Below are positions 37,596 through 49,585 of a DNA stretch of 64,000 nt, in pieces; the stretch's first letter is position 1; the number at the start of each line of letters is the position of its first letter. The notes below the pieces were generated by a model, which saw only the letters and a list, made by a program, of their open reading frames with translations, was not told the origin of the DNA and ran no database searches. Both the position numbers and the translations under genes were made by a program. Source of the stretch: Schizochytrium sp. TIO01. Taxonomy: Eukaryota; Protista; Bigyra: Labyrinthulomycetes. Location of the stretch: contig SMSO01000031.1 in the NCBI GenBank assembly GCA_004764695.1, positions 6,864,761 through 6,928,760 on the forward strand. Reading direction: 5' to 3'.

Positions 37596-40500
37596 TCTGG
37601 CTTTCAACGTGTGATGGACGGGAGCGACGGAGAAGCTGCGGCGAGCGAGCGGACGTCGAGACGAGTTTGGCTCAGTGAGTGAGTGCGACTGTCTTGGCCT
37701 CTCTCTCCTTGCCTCTCCCCTCAATAGAGTATACACGAGATACAATACCGATATACCCTCAAATACTATACAGTATTGCTTTAACCTACTGTAGTGCTCA
37801 TGTTATAACGCACTCTACGGCCAAAAATAAGTGAACGAATGAACAATAAACAAACAAACAAACAAACAAACACAGACAATACAAATAAAATAACCTTCAG
37901 CTGTCTTGATGGCCAAATCCCTGTGTCGAGCAAGTGATAGCTAACCTGACTAACCAACCGACCCTAACTACAAACGCAGGTATCTATCTATCTATTATCT
38001 ATCTCACTCAAGCTACCCTGCACTGATGCTGCCACATAGTGAGTGAGTGATGAAGGTGATGTAACCTATCATCGCGAGAAGGCAGCAGCTGCTGTGCTTA
38101 AGGAACTCCTACGCGCACTAGGCAGAAGGAGCAACGGTAGGACACACATAGGGCGCGCTAGGAGGGCCTCGCTGCAGAGGCAGGGGGCGCACTGCTAGAG
38201 TAAACGGTAACCTGTGTGTGCTATACTAAAAGGTAGGAGGAGACTAGGACGAGGAATGGCTGCTTTTCCCTTCGTATTCATAGGAATGAATGCATTATCT
38301 ATTTCTATATCTTTCTTCTGTGATTGTTTGTTTGATTGTTTGTTTGTTTGTATGATGTTGTATGATTGCTGATCATGAATTCATCGAATTGGTGATTGAT
38401 AGCGAGAATAAATTCCATGGGACCTTCACCTCGTTTTGGGCTGGGTGTCGGCGATTTGGTGCTGGCCACAACCAGTGGTAAAATTAAAGCGAGTCTGAGA
38501 GCGTTTTGGCAGAATTTGCGATGGCGCGGATTCGGCTATTGCGATGCAGATGTAGTTTACATTTACAATAATCAGCACAGATTTGATGGCACTCCCATAT
38601 CAGGTGCGCCAATCGCTATTGGTTGTCGTAGAACTGTGCAAATCTATCGAAATCATAACCTGAATGAATGAATGAATGAATGCAAACCATCGTGCAGGTA
38701 GGTGGGTGGGTGTCTAACTAGCTAGCCAGTAGCTCACAGAATAACTTGGGAACAGCCAGGTATTTAGAAGAGAGAAGACTATAAATCAGAGCTGTGCCTG
38801 GGCAGTGGGGACAAAGAAATCAATAGCCAACAGCACCACAACGTAACAGAGAGAAATGGCTGCTCCCTAAATGAACACCTCTTGTGAACAGAACGAATAT
38901 TTTACTGCCGTTTATGCGACAAAAGCCACTGCAGTGTTTCGCCCCCACGGGAAGTCGAAGGATATGATGAAAGAGACACAGTCGTGGTAAGCTAGAATAT
39001 TCTAGGAGATGTGGACTCCCATCGTGGCGAGGCCGACCCTTGTACGGGTCACAATGTGATTCTTTGTGATTTCTGTGATACGATTGACCTTGAGCGTGAG
39101 CGAGTCTGTGCGTGGCATGGACATTTGAAGGTGCGATGCTTTGAGGCGGTTTGGGGCGTGGAAACTCAGGCTTCTTTGAAACGCTTTTAATACGTTGTGC
39201 ATAGGCTTGTGGGAGCTTGCGCTTCGCTCGAGAGGACTTGGGCAGCATTTTATGCGTGCTGCAATTCCGCGAAGCCATAGGACCACCTTATTACTGTGGT
39301 ACCATGATAGTGGGGAATAAGGGTGTATTACAGTGAGTTAAGGTTCATTTCGGTTGTGCGCAAGAAGTGATGAGTGGAGGAGCAGAAAGCATCGCAAGGT
39401 ACACATGTAAATAAATAAGAATAGGCCTTTACACAAATAGACGCTAGATAGATAGAAATGCAGATATCTCGTGAAGAGCTCTCTCGATGGACCTCTTGCC
39501 ATGGTTAGTGGATTGATTCGCTTCTTGTGTTTATTCTGGCTGCGTGTCCTAGTTTATCTGTGTTCTTATTTGATTTTATGTTCATTTATTTGTTTGTGTG
39601 GAGTGCTTTTCTCAAATCAGAGAGTTCTTTACTTTTCCGTTCACATGTAAATTAGGCAACCATTTCATATCATGGCAAAACTACTCTGGTGAGCATGTAT
39701 ATAAATGCCATGAGTTGACATGTCATGAAATGCTCTATTTTGACAACACATGTCCAGCTTGGAGTCTCTTCTCGCCATCGAAATTGCTTTTTTTCCATCT
39801 CAAGTGTATCGACAACCTGGTGCTGCAGCAACTGCAGCAGAGATTGCATTGCACAATTGATTGACTGACAAAATGTTGTGGTTGTAGTTGTAGCGAAAGC
39901 ATCATTTTGCCTTGCCATTGAAAGAAGAGGCAACTCTGTTTTCTGAGCCACTTCTTCCTTTTGTAATGCAACGCAGACTTCTCTCATTCTCTGCTTCTCT
40001 GTGAGAACCGTAGAATACTAAGCACTGACAGCACCAGTGGTAGTAGTATCTCTTGCGCAATCTGCTTTGGCATTGATAGCGATGTGGCAAAGACAGTCAA
40101 CTATCGCCGGTTCACCATCATCGGCCCTGTATAGTGGGCAGGCAGACATGACAATAAGCTTATTCACACCAAAGGTCTTTTGGCAAAGATTGAAATCGAA
40201 GGAATCTCGCGTTTCTTGAAGTTGATGTTTGCCTCTCTTTTCAATTTGTTTTGTTTGATCTTAGTTTGTTTTCTTTTCAAGAGAGTGAGCGAAAGAGAGA
40301 AAGAAAGAAAGAATGAAACAATAGAAAATCAAGAAAAGGCTACAACTTACTTACTATATGGGCAATGACTGCGAAGATTGAGGGTAAAAGCTGTGGCCCT
40401 TGCATTCAGACTATTTATGCACTGTGCGAGTTTCTCTGTGGGTCTGTGGCATACCTATTGACGGGGTCACTCTGCCTCGTGACCTCTTCAAGTTCAACCA

Positions 40501-41783
40501 CCACTGTCTATTTGAATGCCTCAGCTGCTCTCTCTGATTTGCTTCCCGCATCTCCTTCTTTTGACTTCAACTCCGATTTCTCTTCTCACTCTCCTTTCTC
40601 TCACTCTCACTAACTATGGTATTTCTCTAATTTAATTTTCTAATGATTGATTTATTTATTCATTGACAACATAAACATCATAAAAGTAAATCACCACAAA
40701 AAGTAAATTACCATATAATGGTCATAATAGTTTTCTTTGGGTAAGCGAGCTTTAACATCCGTTCGAATTCAAGGCTTCTTGTGTACTGTGTTTCTCGTCC
40801 CGCGCAGATTTCCTTTGCTTGATTGGAGATCCTCTCGCAAAATGCCTGCTGCTGAAGAATGCGTTTGCAGCTTCAACACAGTTTGCAGTCACCCGTGCCA
40901 TGAACGATTCGCGAATGCTTCATGGCTGAAGTCGGAGTTCTCGTTTCTTGTTTCTATTTTACTCTTCTCTTCTATTACTGCTACTAGTACTACTACTGCT
41001 AACGCCTAATCACCTGCCCATTCTATCTTTTATGATCTTTTCTCTTCTGTCTTTTTACGCGTAGAGAGAAGCATCGCGAGACTATGATTTCCTCTACCAC
41101 AGACGGTACGATGAGTTGGCCTACTGATTTTGGTATATAGGACCCTACCTCGAATGTCTTTTAGAGGTGGAGACTGCTAGCAGAGGTTATGTGACTGCTA
41201 TGCAATCAAATGAGTGATCGCCAGTGATTTTTTCATGATTTTCATCTGCAACAATAAAAATGGTAAAGGAGAAACTTCGAATGCGATCACTTCGATCATC
41301 ATTCGTCTCTGTACTTTTTGCGTAATAGCAGGCAGTGCTGCATGTTCGTCTGCGCGAATGAATGTAGGTTGCTATCTATTATGTGGGAGTCAATTCTATT
41401 TGCTGCGTGGTTAGGCGTGTTTTCTAGGTCATGCAACTTGAACAGATAGATAGATAAAAGCGCTTTGAAAGAAGGTGGAATAAGTTGACTTTTTCTTTCT
41501 CTCTTTCTTTCTTTCTTTCTTTCTTTCTTTTAAAAAACTAACACTTGCAAAATAATTCTATCTGTCTTCTGCCTTAGTCTTAGGGTTTGTGATAGCTGGA
41601 GGATAGAGAAAAATGTTGTTAATAGTAAAAATGTTAGTATAAAGTGGCTGGCTGTATGTAATCCACCTATTTTCTTGCCTGTTTTCTGCTGCTTTTGTGC
41701 GGCCGGCCCTTCCTTCAGACTCCGTTCGCAGCGCTCGCCGCCTCACTTCGAAGCCAGCCAGAGCTATCTAGCCCCTAGCCAGC

Positions 41784-43055
41784 ATGATGCGTTCCGTGCT
41801 CTCCCGCGGCGCCTCCGCCGTCCGCGCCTCCTCCCTGTCCCCGCTGGGCTCCCGCGGCATGGCAGACTTCGTGCGCTCTCTGCCCCACTGCAACGTCGGC
41901 ACCATTGGCCACGTTGACCACGGCAAGACCACCCTGACCGCCGCTATTACCAAGGTGCTCGCTGAGGCCAACCCTGAGCACGCCACCTTTGTGGACTATG
42001 CCTCCATTGACAAGGCCCCCGAAGAGCGTGCCCGTGGTATCACCATCTCCACCGCCCACGTCGAGTACTCCACCGACGCCCGCCACTACTCCCACGTTGA
42101 CTGCCCCGGCCACGCCGATTACGTCAAGAACATGATTACCGGTGCTGCCACCATGGACGGTGGTATCCTTGTCGTCTCTGCCTCCGACGGCCCCATGCCC
42201 CAGACCCGTGAGCACTTGCTTCTCTCCAAGCAGGTTGGTGTGCCCGCCCTCGTTGTCTTCCTCAACAAGGTCGACCAGGTCGACGATGAGGAGCTCCTCG
42301 AGATTGTGGAGATGGAGATCCGTGAGCTTCTCGACAACCACGACTTCCCTGGTGATGACACCCCTATCATTCGTGGCTCCGCCCTTGCCGCTGTTGAGGG
42401 CCGTGATGACCCTATCGGCAAGGATGCCGTCCTCGAGCTCATGCGCAGCGTCGACACCTTCATCCCCCAGCCTGAGCGTGACCTCGACAAGCCCTTCCTT
42501 CTCCCCGTTGAGGACACCTTCTCTATCTCTGGACGCGGAACCGTCGTGACTGGACGTATTGAGACTGGCTGCGTCAACGCCGGTGAGGAAATCGAGGTCG
42601 TCGGTGGCAAGAGGCCCAAGATCAGCACCACCTGCACTGGTGTCGAGATGCACAAGAAGACCCTTGCCCGTGGTGAGGCTGGAGACAACGTCGGTATCCT
42701 TCTCCGTGGTGTCAAGCGCGAGGACGTCAGCCGTGGACAGGTCGTCGCACACCCTGGCACCATCACCCAGCACACCAAGTTCCAGTGCCAGGTCTACGTT
42801 CTTACCCAGAAGGAGGGTGGTCGCCACTCCCCTTGCTTTGATGGCTACTCTCCCCAGTTCTTCGTTCGTACTGCTGATGTCACCGGATCCGTCAAGATTG
42901 CCGATGAGGGCAAGGAGATGATCATGCCCGGAGATGACTGCCTCCTTGAGGTTACCCTCCAGAGCCCCACCCCGATGAACGAGGGACTCCGTTTTGCCAT
43001 GCGCGAGGGTGGACGCACCATCGGCGCTGGTACCATCGTCAAGATCCTCGAGTAA
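41784..43055 (+). CDS. TUFM: Mitochondrial elongation factor Tu precursor
   Basis: Motifs: [68 protein letters not shown]-terminal R/S-rich presequence and highly biased codons. Confidence 0.97.
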   Translation: MMRSVLSRGASAVRASSLSPLGSRGMADFVRSLPHCNVGTIGHVDHGKTTLTAAITKVLAEANPEHATFVDYASIDKAPEERARGITISTAHVEYSTDARHYSHVDCPGHADYVKNMITGAATMDGGILVVSASDGPMPQTREHLLLSKQVGVPALVVFLNKVDQVDDEELLEIVEMEIRELLDNHDFPGDDTPIIRGSALAAVEGRDDPIGKDAVLELMRSVDTFIPQPERDLDKPFLLPVEDTFSISGRGTVVTGRIETGCVNAGEEIEVVGGKRPKISTTCTGVEMHKKTLARGEAGDNVGILLRGVKREDVSRGQVVAHPGTITQHTKFQCQVYVLTQKEGGRHSPCFDGYSPQFFVRTADVTGSVKIADEGKEMIMPGDDCLLEVTLQSPTPMNEGLRFAMREGGRTIGAGTIVKILE

Positions 43056-44211
43056 GCGACGACGCTCTAACACAGCCCGATCGTTCAATAAATCACATAC
43101 AACCCGTACTACAAACATACAAACATACATACATCATACCACATACATACTTACATACATGCACCCAAAACCATATCCCCTCAACCTGCTGCTTCTGAGC
43201 GTGCCTGCCCTACGTATACCAACTCTCTCATCTACCGTAACAGACTCGAAAGAAATCTTGTCCTTGTGATTTGGTGCAAGATCTGTTCAAGATCACTGAT
43301 CGCACCCCTGTATCAGTTCACTCCTTCCTTCTTGTAAAACTTTTTTGCAGGCGTGCTGCAATTTCATGGGAGACTATGCTTCTCTTGTGATGTCGCAAGA
43401 TCTAACCATGATCATGTCATTCGTTCATTCTTGTGATTGTTTTCATAGGACTTCCTCAAGTGAAAGGCTGACATGTCAGGTGTTTCAATATTACACTAAC
43501 ATTTGTTCTTGTAAATCTGCGATTCTCTTTCACTGACGTTATGGTTTCATGAGAGAAAAACTAACTCCATTCAGCATTCTTATGATGGATGTGGTGCTTG
43601 ATCTGCTCAATTACGACACATATCTAATCGTGACTCGGTTTAGAAAGTATCCCGCCTAAATGAATGATCTCTATTTTATTTCACTTTATTCAAGTTACAT
43701 GGGCTGCATCATCATCTTTACATACTGAGGACTCCTTTCATTGATTGAGAGAAACTGATGTGATCAAGGCCATCATATATTATCTATTGAACTTTTCGTT
43801 GCTGGTTGTCAGCAGGATAATCAGGCAAGATATACAACGCGACTGAGAACTAACGGTTATCATCAAACTTACAGAATTCAGTTGCCTTTCAATATTGTAA
43901 AGTAAATCCTTCCTTGTAATTCTAGTCATAAAAATCCCAACCAATCCATGTTTTCTTGAGTGAGATGTTTCTCTCCAATTGGAGAAAGAAAAAGTAACTT
44001 TTACATTCACTGCATCCTGGCAGAACCCTTCTTCTGAGATGGTTGTATGTCCTTGCAAGCACACACAGAAAAGATAAATTCGTATCTCACACTTGTAGCC
44101 TCTCAAAGATGTCCCTTTGCTAAATAGTACCTTTACTACCCGCTCATTACTAACATTTTCATTAGTCAGAACTCCCCCCCACACATTGCATTGTAAGTGT
44201 GCTAACTTGGT

Positions 44212-45984
44212 ATGAACTTGCTCAGATGCAGCGCCTCCTCGGCCTCCAAAACTATTTTCTCAATGCAGTGGCTCGGCAACTTGCTTCAACGCCCGGCTCA
44301 GTTCGTGGCCACTAGAGGTCACCGTTCATTGACGAACGGAGCCACTCGAGCTGTGCTTCAGCTTGAGCGTGTTGGAGCATCCAAAAGAGCGTCATCGCCA
44401 ACAGGGATCCAGTCTTCAACCCTACCGGCACCAAACCAAGCGTTGCAATTGTTGAGCGCTGCGCATAGCTGCAGACATCGATTCTTCACATCAGAGAGCT
44501 CACATCTTTCTGCTGAGAAAATGCCGCGGTCAGACAACGCTAGAGAGGCTCAAGAACTGATCTCGTGTCTCTACAAAGACGGTCAAGCGCCAAAAGTGGC
44601 GTTGTGCGCCACAGGCGGCGCAGCTCAAGGTACGTTCGACTCTAACCAAAGCTTGTTTGAAAGAAAAGGAGTTTGCGTCATGAGAGAAGTACACATGAAG
44701 ACTAACATTAGCATATTGGGCCTTGACATGAACAAAACATTTCTTCATTTATAACTTTACAAAACTACAGCGGCAGCATGGTTTCTAGCCACTCCAGGAG
44801 CATCTGCATCAATTCTTGACATACAGTATCCTTATCATCGTGACGCTCTCGTAGATTATGTGCAAGGAGACATCGACGAATCTGAGTCTTTTGCTTCGAA
44901 GGAAATGGCAAGAAGATTGGCTCGGCATGCCAAACGACGCGCCCTAACCATTCTTGCAAATGCCGAAGGACAAAATGCCGCGGCAGCGAGCAAAATTGTT
45001 GGTGTAGGATATTCAGGCGCTCTTGCCACAAGTCGAGAACGGAAGGGAGAGGACAAGTGCTTTGTTGTGCTTGCAACTTCAGACGGACAAGAAATACTGC
45101 ACTCAGTCAAATTCCCAAAAGGAAAAGCATCCCGTTTGGAGCAAGACGAGCTTGCAAGCCTTGCTGTTGTAAGAGCACTGACGAACTGGACGCAAGGCAA
45201 AGTTCAAACCATTGGCTTCAACACAGATGATGTCCTTGAAGATTCTGTCCAGGAGTTAAAACCTGCTGGTAGTGCTGAGTCTGTAAAGGCTAACCTGAAC
45301 AACCTTCTTGAAGATTCTAACGTCTCCGCGGCATGGTTTTGGCCGATCGCTAATGGCAAGCAACGCGCCGTTGACCTATATACCAACAGTACGCTGGAGC
45401 GTACTGTGAGGCATCTTATTGTGAGTGGATCGTTTAATCCTCTACATAAAGGTCACGAAACAATGGCGATAGCTGCTCGTGACCTCAAGCAGCGTCTCCA
45501 ACCAAACAATGGGAAGCAATCTATAGGCATTGCATTTGAGCTCTCAATAAAGAACGCTGATAAAGGAGAAATCGATCTCGATATTGTGCGGTCTCGTGTT
45601 GAGCAGTTTGCACAATCACACACGGCCATGTACGGGCCTTGGCCAGTTGTGGTGACTCAAGCCTCTATCTTTGTAGATAAGGCAGCAATCTTTCCGGCAA
45701 GCACGTTCGTGATTGGCTACGATACAGCAGTCCGCATTGTTGACCCCAAGTATTACGACAATTCAAGAGGGAAAATGAACGAGGCGCTACTTGCAATAGC
45801 TAAACTTGGCTGTGACTTTGTTGTAGTTGGACGTGTTGGGCCCAATAATACCTTCCTTACGCTTGAAGACATGAAGGATGATATTCCCGAGGGCTTTCGG
45901 GGTCTATTTTTGGGGCTCTCAGAGGCAGATTTCCGCCTTGATATTTCCTCCACTGAAATTCGGGCACAGCGCTCCAGGCAATAA
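44212..45984 (+). CDS. Two-exon gene (44212..44629, 44771..45984): CinA/PncC-like domain fused to an HxGH nucleotidyltransferase (NMNAT/NadD-like); presequence-like N-terminus
   Basis: The phase-1 intron G|gtacgt...ctacag|CG gives ATGGAAQAAAWFLATPGASASIL..YPY. The C-terminal domain has GSFNPLHKGH, FELSIKNADK, F.DKA..FP..FVIGYDTAVRI.DPKYY and DISSTEIR. Confidence 0.85.
44630..44770 (+). other. Spliceosomal GT-AG intron, 141 nt
   Basis: Donor gtacgt, actaac branch-like motif near 44701, acceptor ctacag; removal restores a continuous frame. Confidence 0.85.
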
Positions 45985-46410
45985 ACGGACATTACATTTG
46001 TATGCCTCTTCAACTCTTCTCGTTGGATGGTCCCATGTTCTGTTTTCGTAGCTAAGCTACTGTTCAGTATACATTTGAACAGAAAGAAGAAAAAAAGTAG
46101 GCATCACCAAATTTCAAAACTAGATTTAAAAGGTTGTATCGATATGCAGTTTGAATCTAAAGGGGATGAATAATTGTTTGTCAGTTTATAATATAAAAAT
46201 GCGCTCATATTCTGAAAGAAAGAGACGTTGTCTACAGATAATTATCTACAAATCCATATTCTTTTTAGTATTCTTGAGAAGAAAATCAGACATGAAAATA
46301 AAATAATTTAATGGAATATATAGCGCATAGTCATTGATAAGACTCTACTAAGGATAGGTAAAAGGTGACCTTACTAGTGCAACGGACACCTAGGTCCCAT
46401 AATTTTTTTC

Positions 46411-48777
46411 ATGGTCGAGTACTTTTGCATAATCAATAGGTATGAAAAGCTGGAAAATGAATACAGACGTTTGAGGCCCCCTTACGCAGTGGCCTCAACA
46501 GCTGGTTGGCAAAACGCCATGGCGCGGGCACCAAGAGTTTTCGGCCACTCGAAGAAGAAGAAGAAAAGGAGTTCTTCTGCTTCACGTAGACAAGACTTTC
46601 GAAGCGCAGAAAACACAACTGGAGCAGCACATGAAACGCACAATGAGCATCGTGAAGGTGGAGAACGTAAAGATAGCATGTCTGGTAATTTACGAGAGCG
46701 ATTGCCAGACGTGACGAAGCCAGTTATCAATCCATCACGAATACAAAACAAAGGACGTCAAGGTGAACATCTCTTTGGTGAGATTTCCTTATGTTTAGAC
46801 AAAGAAACAGCCAAGTACATGCCCTACACAGCTGTTGCATTCCCCAAGATCGACAATCAGGCTGATACATCAGTAGACACATTATGGATGGTTGGGTTTC
46901 TAGATTATGAAAAAAGACGGGCGAAAGAGCTTGTACTAGAAGAATTGAAACATTTTAGAGGACTGCCAGGAGGCCATGTCCCCCCTAGTGCTGCTCCACA
47001 CCTTCGAAAGGCGTATAGCATTGCGCAAGCGGAGCGCGAAGAGGTGGATCGCAATAAAGAAACACAAAAGAAAGCTCGTCTCGGATCACTCCAAAAGGCG
47101 CAAAAACCTCAAGAAAGACTAAAACTTTCAGACGAGGATGCGATGAAGCTTCGTGCATTGGAGCAGCGCTTGCAAAAGCGCGCACCAAGAAAGCCTTGGG
47201 CTATTTATACAGCAGAAAATCGCCGCATCAGAGCCGCATTGAAAGATCGCAACCCAGGTCGAACAACTGCAACGGTTATGCGATCACGTGCTCTTGAAAC
47301 AATGTTTGAACTCGAAAGAGAGCATCGACAGGCAGCATTATGCATTCAACAAACATACAGGCGGTACCGTATGCATTTGCACTGGCAAGACATTGCACGC
47401 AAGAGCAAGGCCGTCAAAGTTATTCAACGATACGTGCGAGGTATGCTTGCTCGAACTCTTGTTCGAGTGTGGCTGCTTCGCAAGTCCTGGCTTGTCATTG
47501 TTGCTCAATCCTGTGTTCGAGGCTACTTGTCACGAAAAAGAACCCGTGAGCGTATCAAGGAAATGCAAACTAGTATAAGCCGTATGCAAGCAATTGTTCG
47601 TGGGTATCTAGGGCGTCTACGAGCTGATTTCCAGCGAAGCTATGCCGCAGCAACAAAAATCCAGCGTGTCTGGCGAGGCAGTGTCACACGTGTTAAACTA
47701 GATCGTGCCTGGCTAGATCGTATTGTTACAAAAATACAGAAATACGTGCGAGGACAGCTTGGCCGCAAAGAGTTTCAAGCATGGCACGCCGAGGCTCATA
47801 AGGCTTCAATTACTTTGCAATGTGCTTTTCGAGGGGTTCTAGGACGTTGGCAACGCAATAAATTGTTATGGGATCGTGAGACTGAGCGTCAACGTGAGTT
47901 TATTCGTGTTCTACGAGCTGAAGACGAATATATTTGTGAAGAAATTGCTGCACATGAATATCGCGTAAAAAATGTCCTTCAAGTAAATACAGCTTTGGAG
48001 GAAGCCAAGACACAATACGAAGATATGCTACATTTAGTCAGGGAGAAAATATTTGATTATGAAGCGATGCAAATTGAGCGTGGTAGGGTTGACCCCTTAG
48101 CAATGCGACAAGGCTGGACAGACGAACTCGACAAGTATGTCAAGGAGCATCGTCAATGGCTGACAAATGCAAAGTTTGAGTTTTTGTTTGTAGGTGCAAC
48201 CTTTTATCGCCAAATGCTTCTCGACAAGGCTGAGCTAGACGAGAAACTGAAACAACTTCAAGTGAAACGAGAACGCATTGGTGTTATTCGGCAAGCCTAC
48301 GTTGAGTCTCTCTATCAACGAGAAGCAAGAGCTCGATGGGAGCTGCGCAGAAGAGATCGCAGGCGACGAATTGCAGATCAACGCCGACGCTGGCAAGTGA
48401 AATGGTATACAGAAGATGGGAAGGTTGACAAAAAACGGCGTTCTGGCTATCCTTGGGATCCTTCTATTTATGCTGGACCAGAACACGACACCATGTACCT
48501 TGGTGGTGTCAATATTGCTCCAAGTGCAGAACACTCTGCAACGACCTTAGATTATCTTCTCGAACAAGTAGCTTTACAAAATGCACAGAATGAGTTCGTT
48601 CAGCACGGCTCGCTAATAGCCCCACTGATGGATGGTATGGATTCATTTCAGGATAAAATTGAACGCCATATTCAGCTTCAACAAGAGTTGTTTGGCGAAG
48701 GGGATTTCGCCGAGCTCAATGACGAAGATGAAAATGGAGCTGGAGGCGGAAATGGAGCTCAAAGAAATGAAAGTTAG
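46411..48777 (+). CDS. Multi-IQ-motif (calmodulin-binding) coiled-coil protein; start codon uncertain
   Basis: Seven IQxxxRGxxxR-type motifs (e.g. VIQRYVRGMLAR, MQAIVRGYLGR, KIQRVWRGSVTR, KIQKYVRGQLGR) followed by a long charged coiled coil. Confidence 0.85.
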   Translation: MVEYFCIINRYEKLENEYRRLRPPYAVASTAGWQNAMARAPRVFGHSKKKKKRSSSASRRQDFRSAENTTGAAHETHNEHREGGERKDSMSGNLRERLPDVTKPVINPSRIQNKGRQGEHLFGEISLCLDKETAKYMPYTAVAFPKIDNQADTSVDTLWMVGFLDYEKRRAKELVLEELKHFRGLPGGHVPPSAAPHLRKAYSIAQAEREEVDRNKETQKKARLGSLQKAQKPQERLKLSDEDAMKLRALEQRLQKRAPRKPWAIYTAENRRIRAALKDRNPGRTTATVMRSRALETMFELEREHRQAALCIQQTYRRYRMHLHWQDIARKSKAVKVIQRYVRGMLARTLVRVWLLRKSWLVIVAQSCVRGYLSRKRTRERIKEMQTSISRMQAIVRGYLGRLRADFQRSYAAATKIQRVWRGSVTRVKLDRAWLDRIVTKIQKYVRGQLGRKEFQAWHAEAHKASITLQCAFRGVLGRWQRNKLLWDRETERQREFIRVLRAEDEYICEEIAAHEYRVKNVLQVNTALEEAKTQYEDMLHLVREKIFDYEAMQIERGRVDPLAMRQGWTDELDKYVKEHRQWLTNAKFEFLFVGATFYRQMLLDKAELDEKLKQLQVKRERIGVIRQAYVESLYQREARARWELRRRDRRRRIADQRRRWQVKWYTEDGKVDKKRRSGYPWDPSIYAGPEHDTMYLGGVNIAPSAEHSATTLDYLLEQVALQNAQNEFVQHGSLIAPLMDGMDSFQDKIERHIQLQQELFGEGDFAELNDEDENGAGGGNGAQRNES

Positions 48778-49008
48778 CTTTTGATTGTTCTTATATTTTT
48801 TTTATGCATAGCGGGATTCGTAGGGCCCGTTCTTCAAGCTCCTAGAAAAGGAGAAAACAAAACAAAGTCATTTATTACTCGTAGAATCATATAAACTGTG
48901 TTTGTATTGTTTTTCCCTTTTTTGTAACTATTTTAGATTCTATAACTCCCTATGCATCATCAATGGATTTTTTTTTTTACACAAGGCTTTACATTGTATG
49001 CTCTTGTA

Positions 49009-49585
49009 TTACTTGTGCGTCGATGCTAGCTCAAGAGACCTCTCAATTAAGTGTAAAGTCTGATCAACTACCAGCATATTTTTCTATTAAGCCCTCGAAT
49101 GCAAAAGCTCGCATAAACCAAAAGTTCCAACTGGCGTTAGGTTGGATCGCTAGTCGAGGTTCTTCCCGCGTGTTTCAACGTTCTGGCATAGTAGTCACTA
49201 TATTCCCTATCTCAAACTGAAATATCGGGTCCGTCCATGGGTGAGTTGAATCGTTTTCCGCGGCATACTCGTCTTGGGGTCCAGCATTTTCTTTCAGTCA
49301 ATATGGTATTCGAAATCACAAGATAATTTACTCGATGATTGCAACTGTTGCAGAAGCATTTGTAACTTATTCATCTTAACGTGGTCGTGACGGAGCTTGC
49401 CAGGGCTACTCTGTTTCTTTCCTCCTTTCCTCCGAGTCAGATGATCTTTTGGTGGTGCTTATCATCTATCTCTGTGTCCATCTTTATCAACAGTTGTTCC
49501 ACATACGCAACTGATAGTACTTCCTTATATCACATCTGTTTGTTGACTCCGCCTCCGACAATAACCGTATCCTGCACTTTCAACG
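49009..49585 (-). pseudogene. Possible decayed coding remnant of unknown family
   Basis: The minus strand reads as protein-like text interrupted by isolated stops, including about 95 codons with a single internal TGA (ENAGPQDEYAAENDSTHPWTDPIFQFEIGNIVTTMPER*...). No family recognised. Confidence 0.25.

Noticed and set aside
39598-40219. Cluster of short Cys-containing ORFs between NDUFB8 and EF-Tu
   Set aside because: No consistent frame or recognisable domain; at most a decayed relic.
37197-43055. GC-rich islands at NDUFB8 and EF-Tu as possible horizontal transfer or contamination
   Set aside because: Both genes have eukaryotic mitochondrial presequences and microsatellite-rich flanks. The C-ending codon bias is better explained by high expression.
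41775-43130. 451-aa ORF antisense to EF-Tu, plus other overlapping ORFs
   Set aside because: Shadow ORF. The strong codon bias of the sense gene removes stop codons from the antisense frame, and it has no independent motifs.
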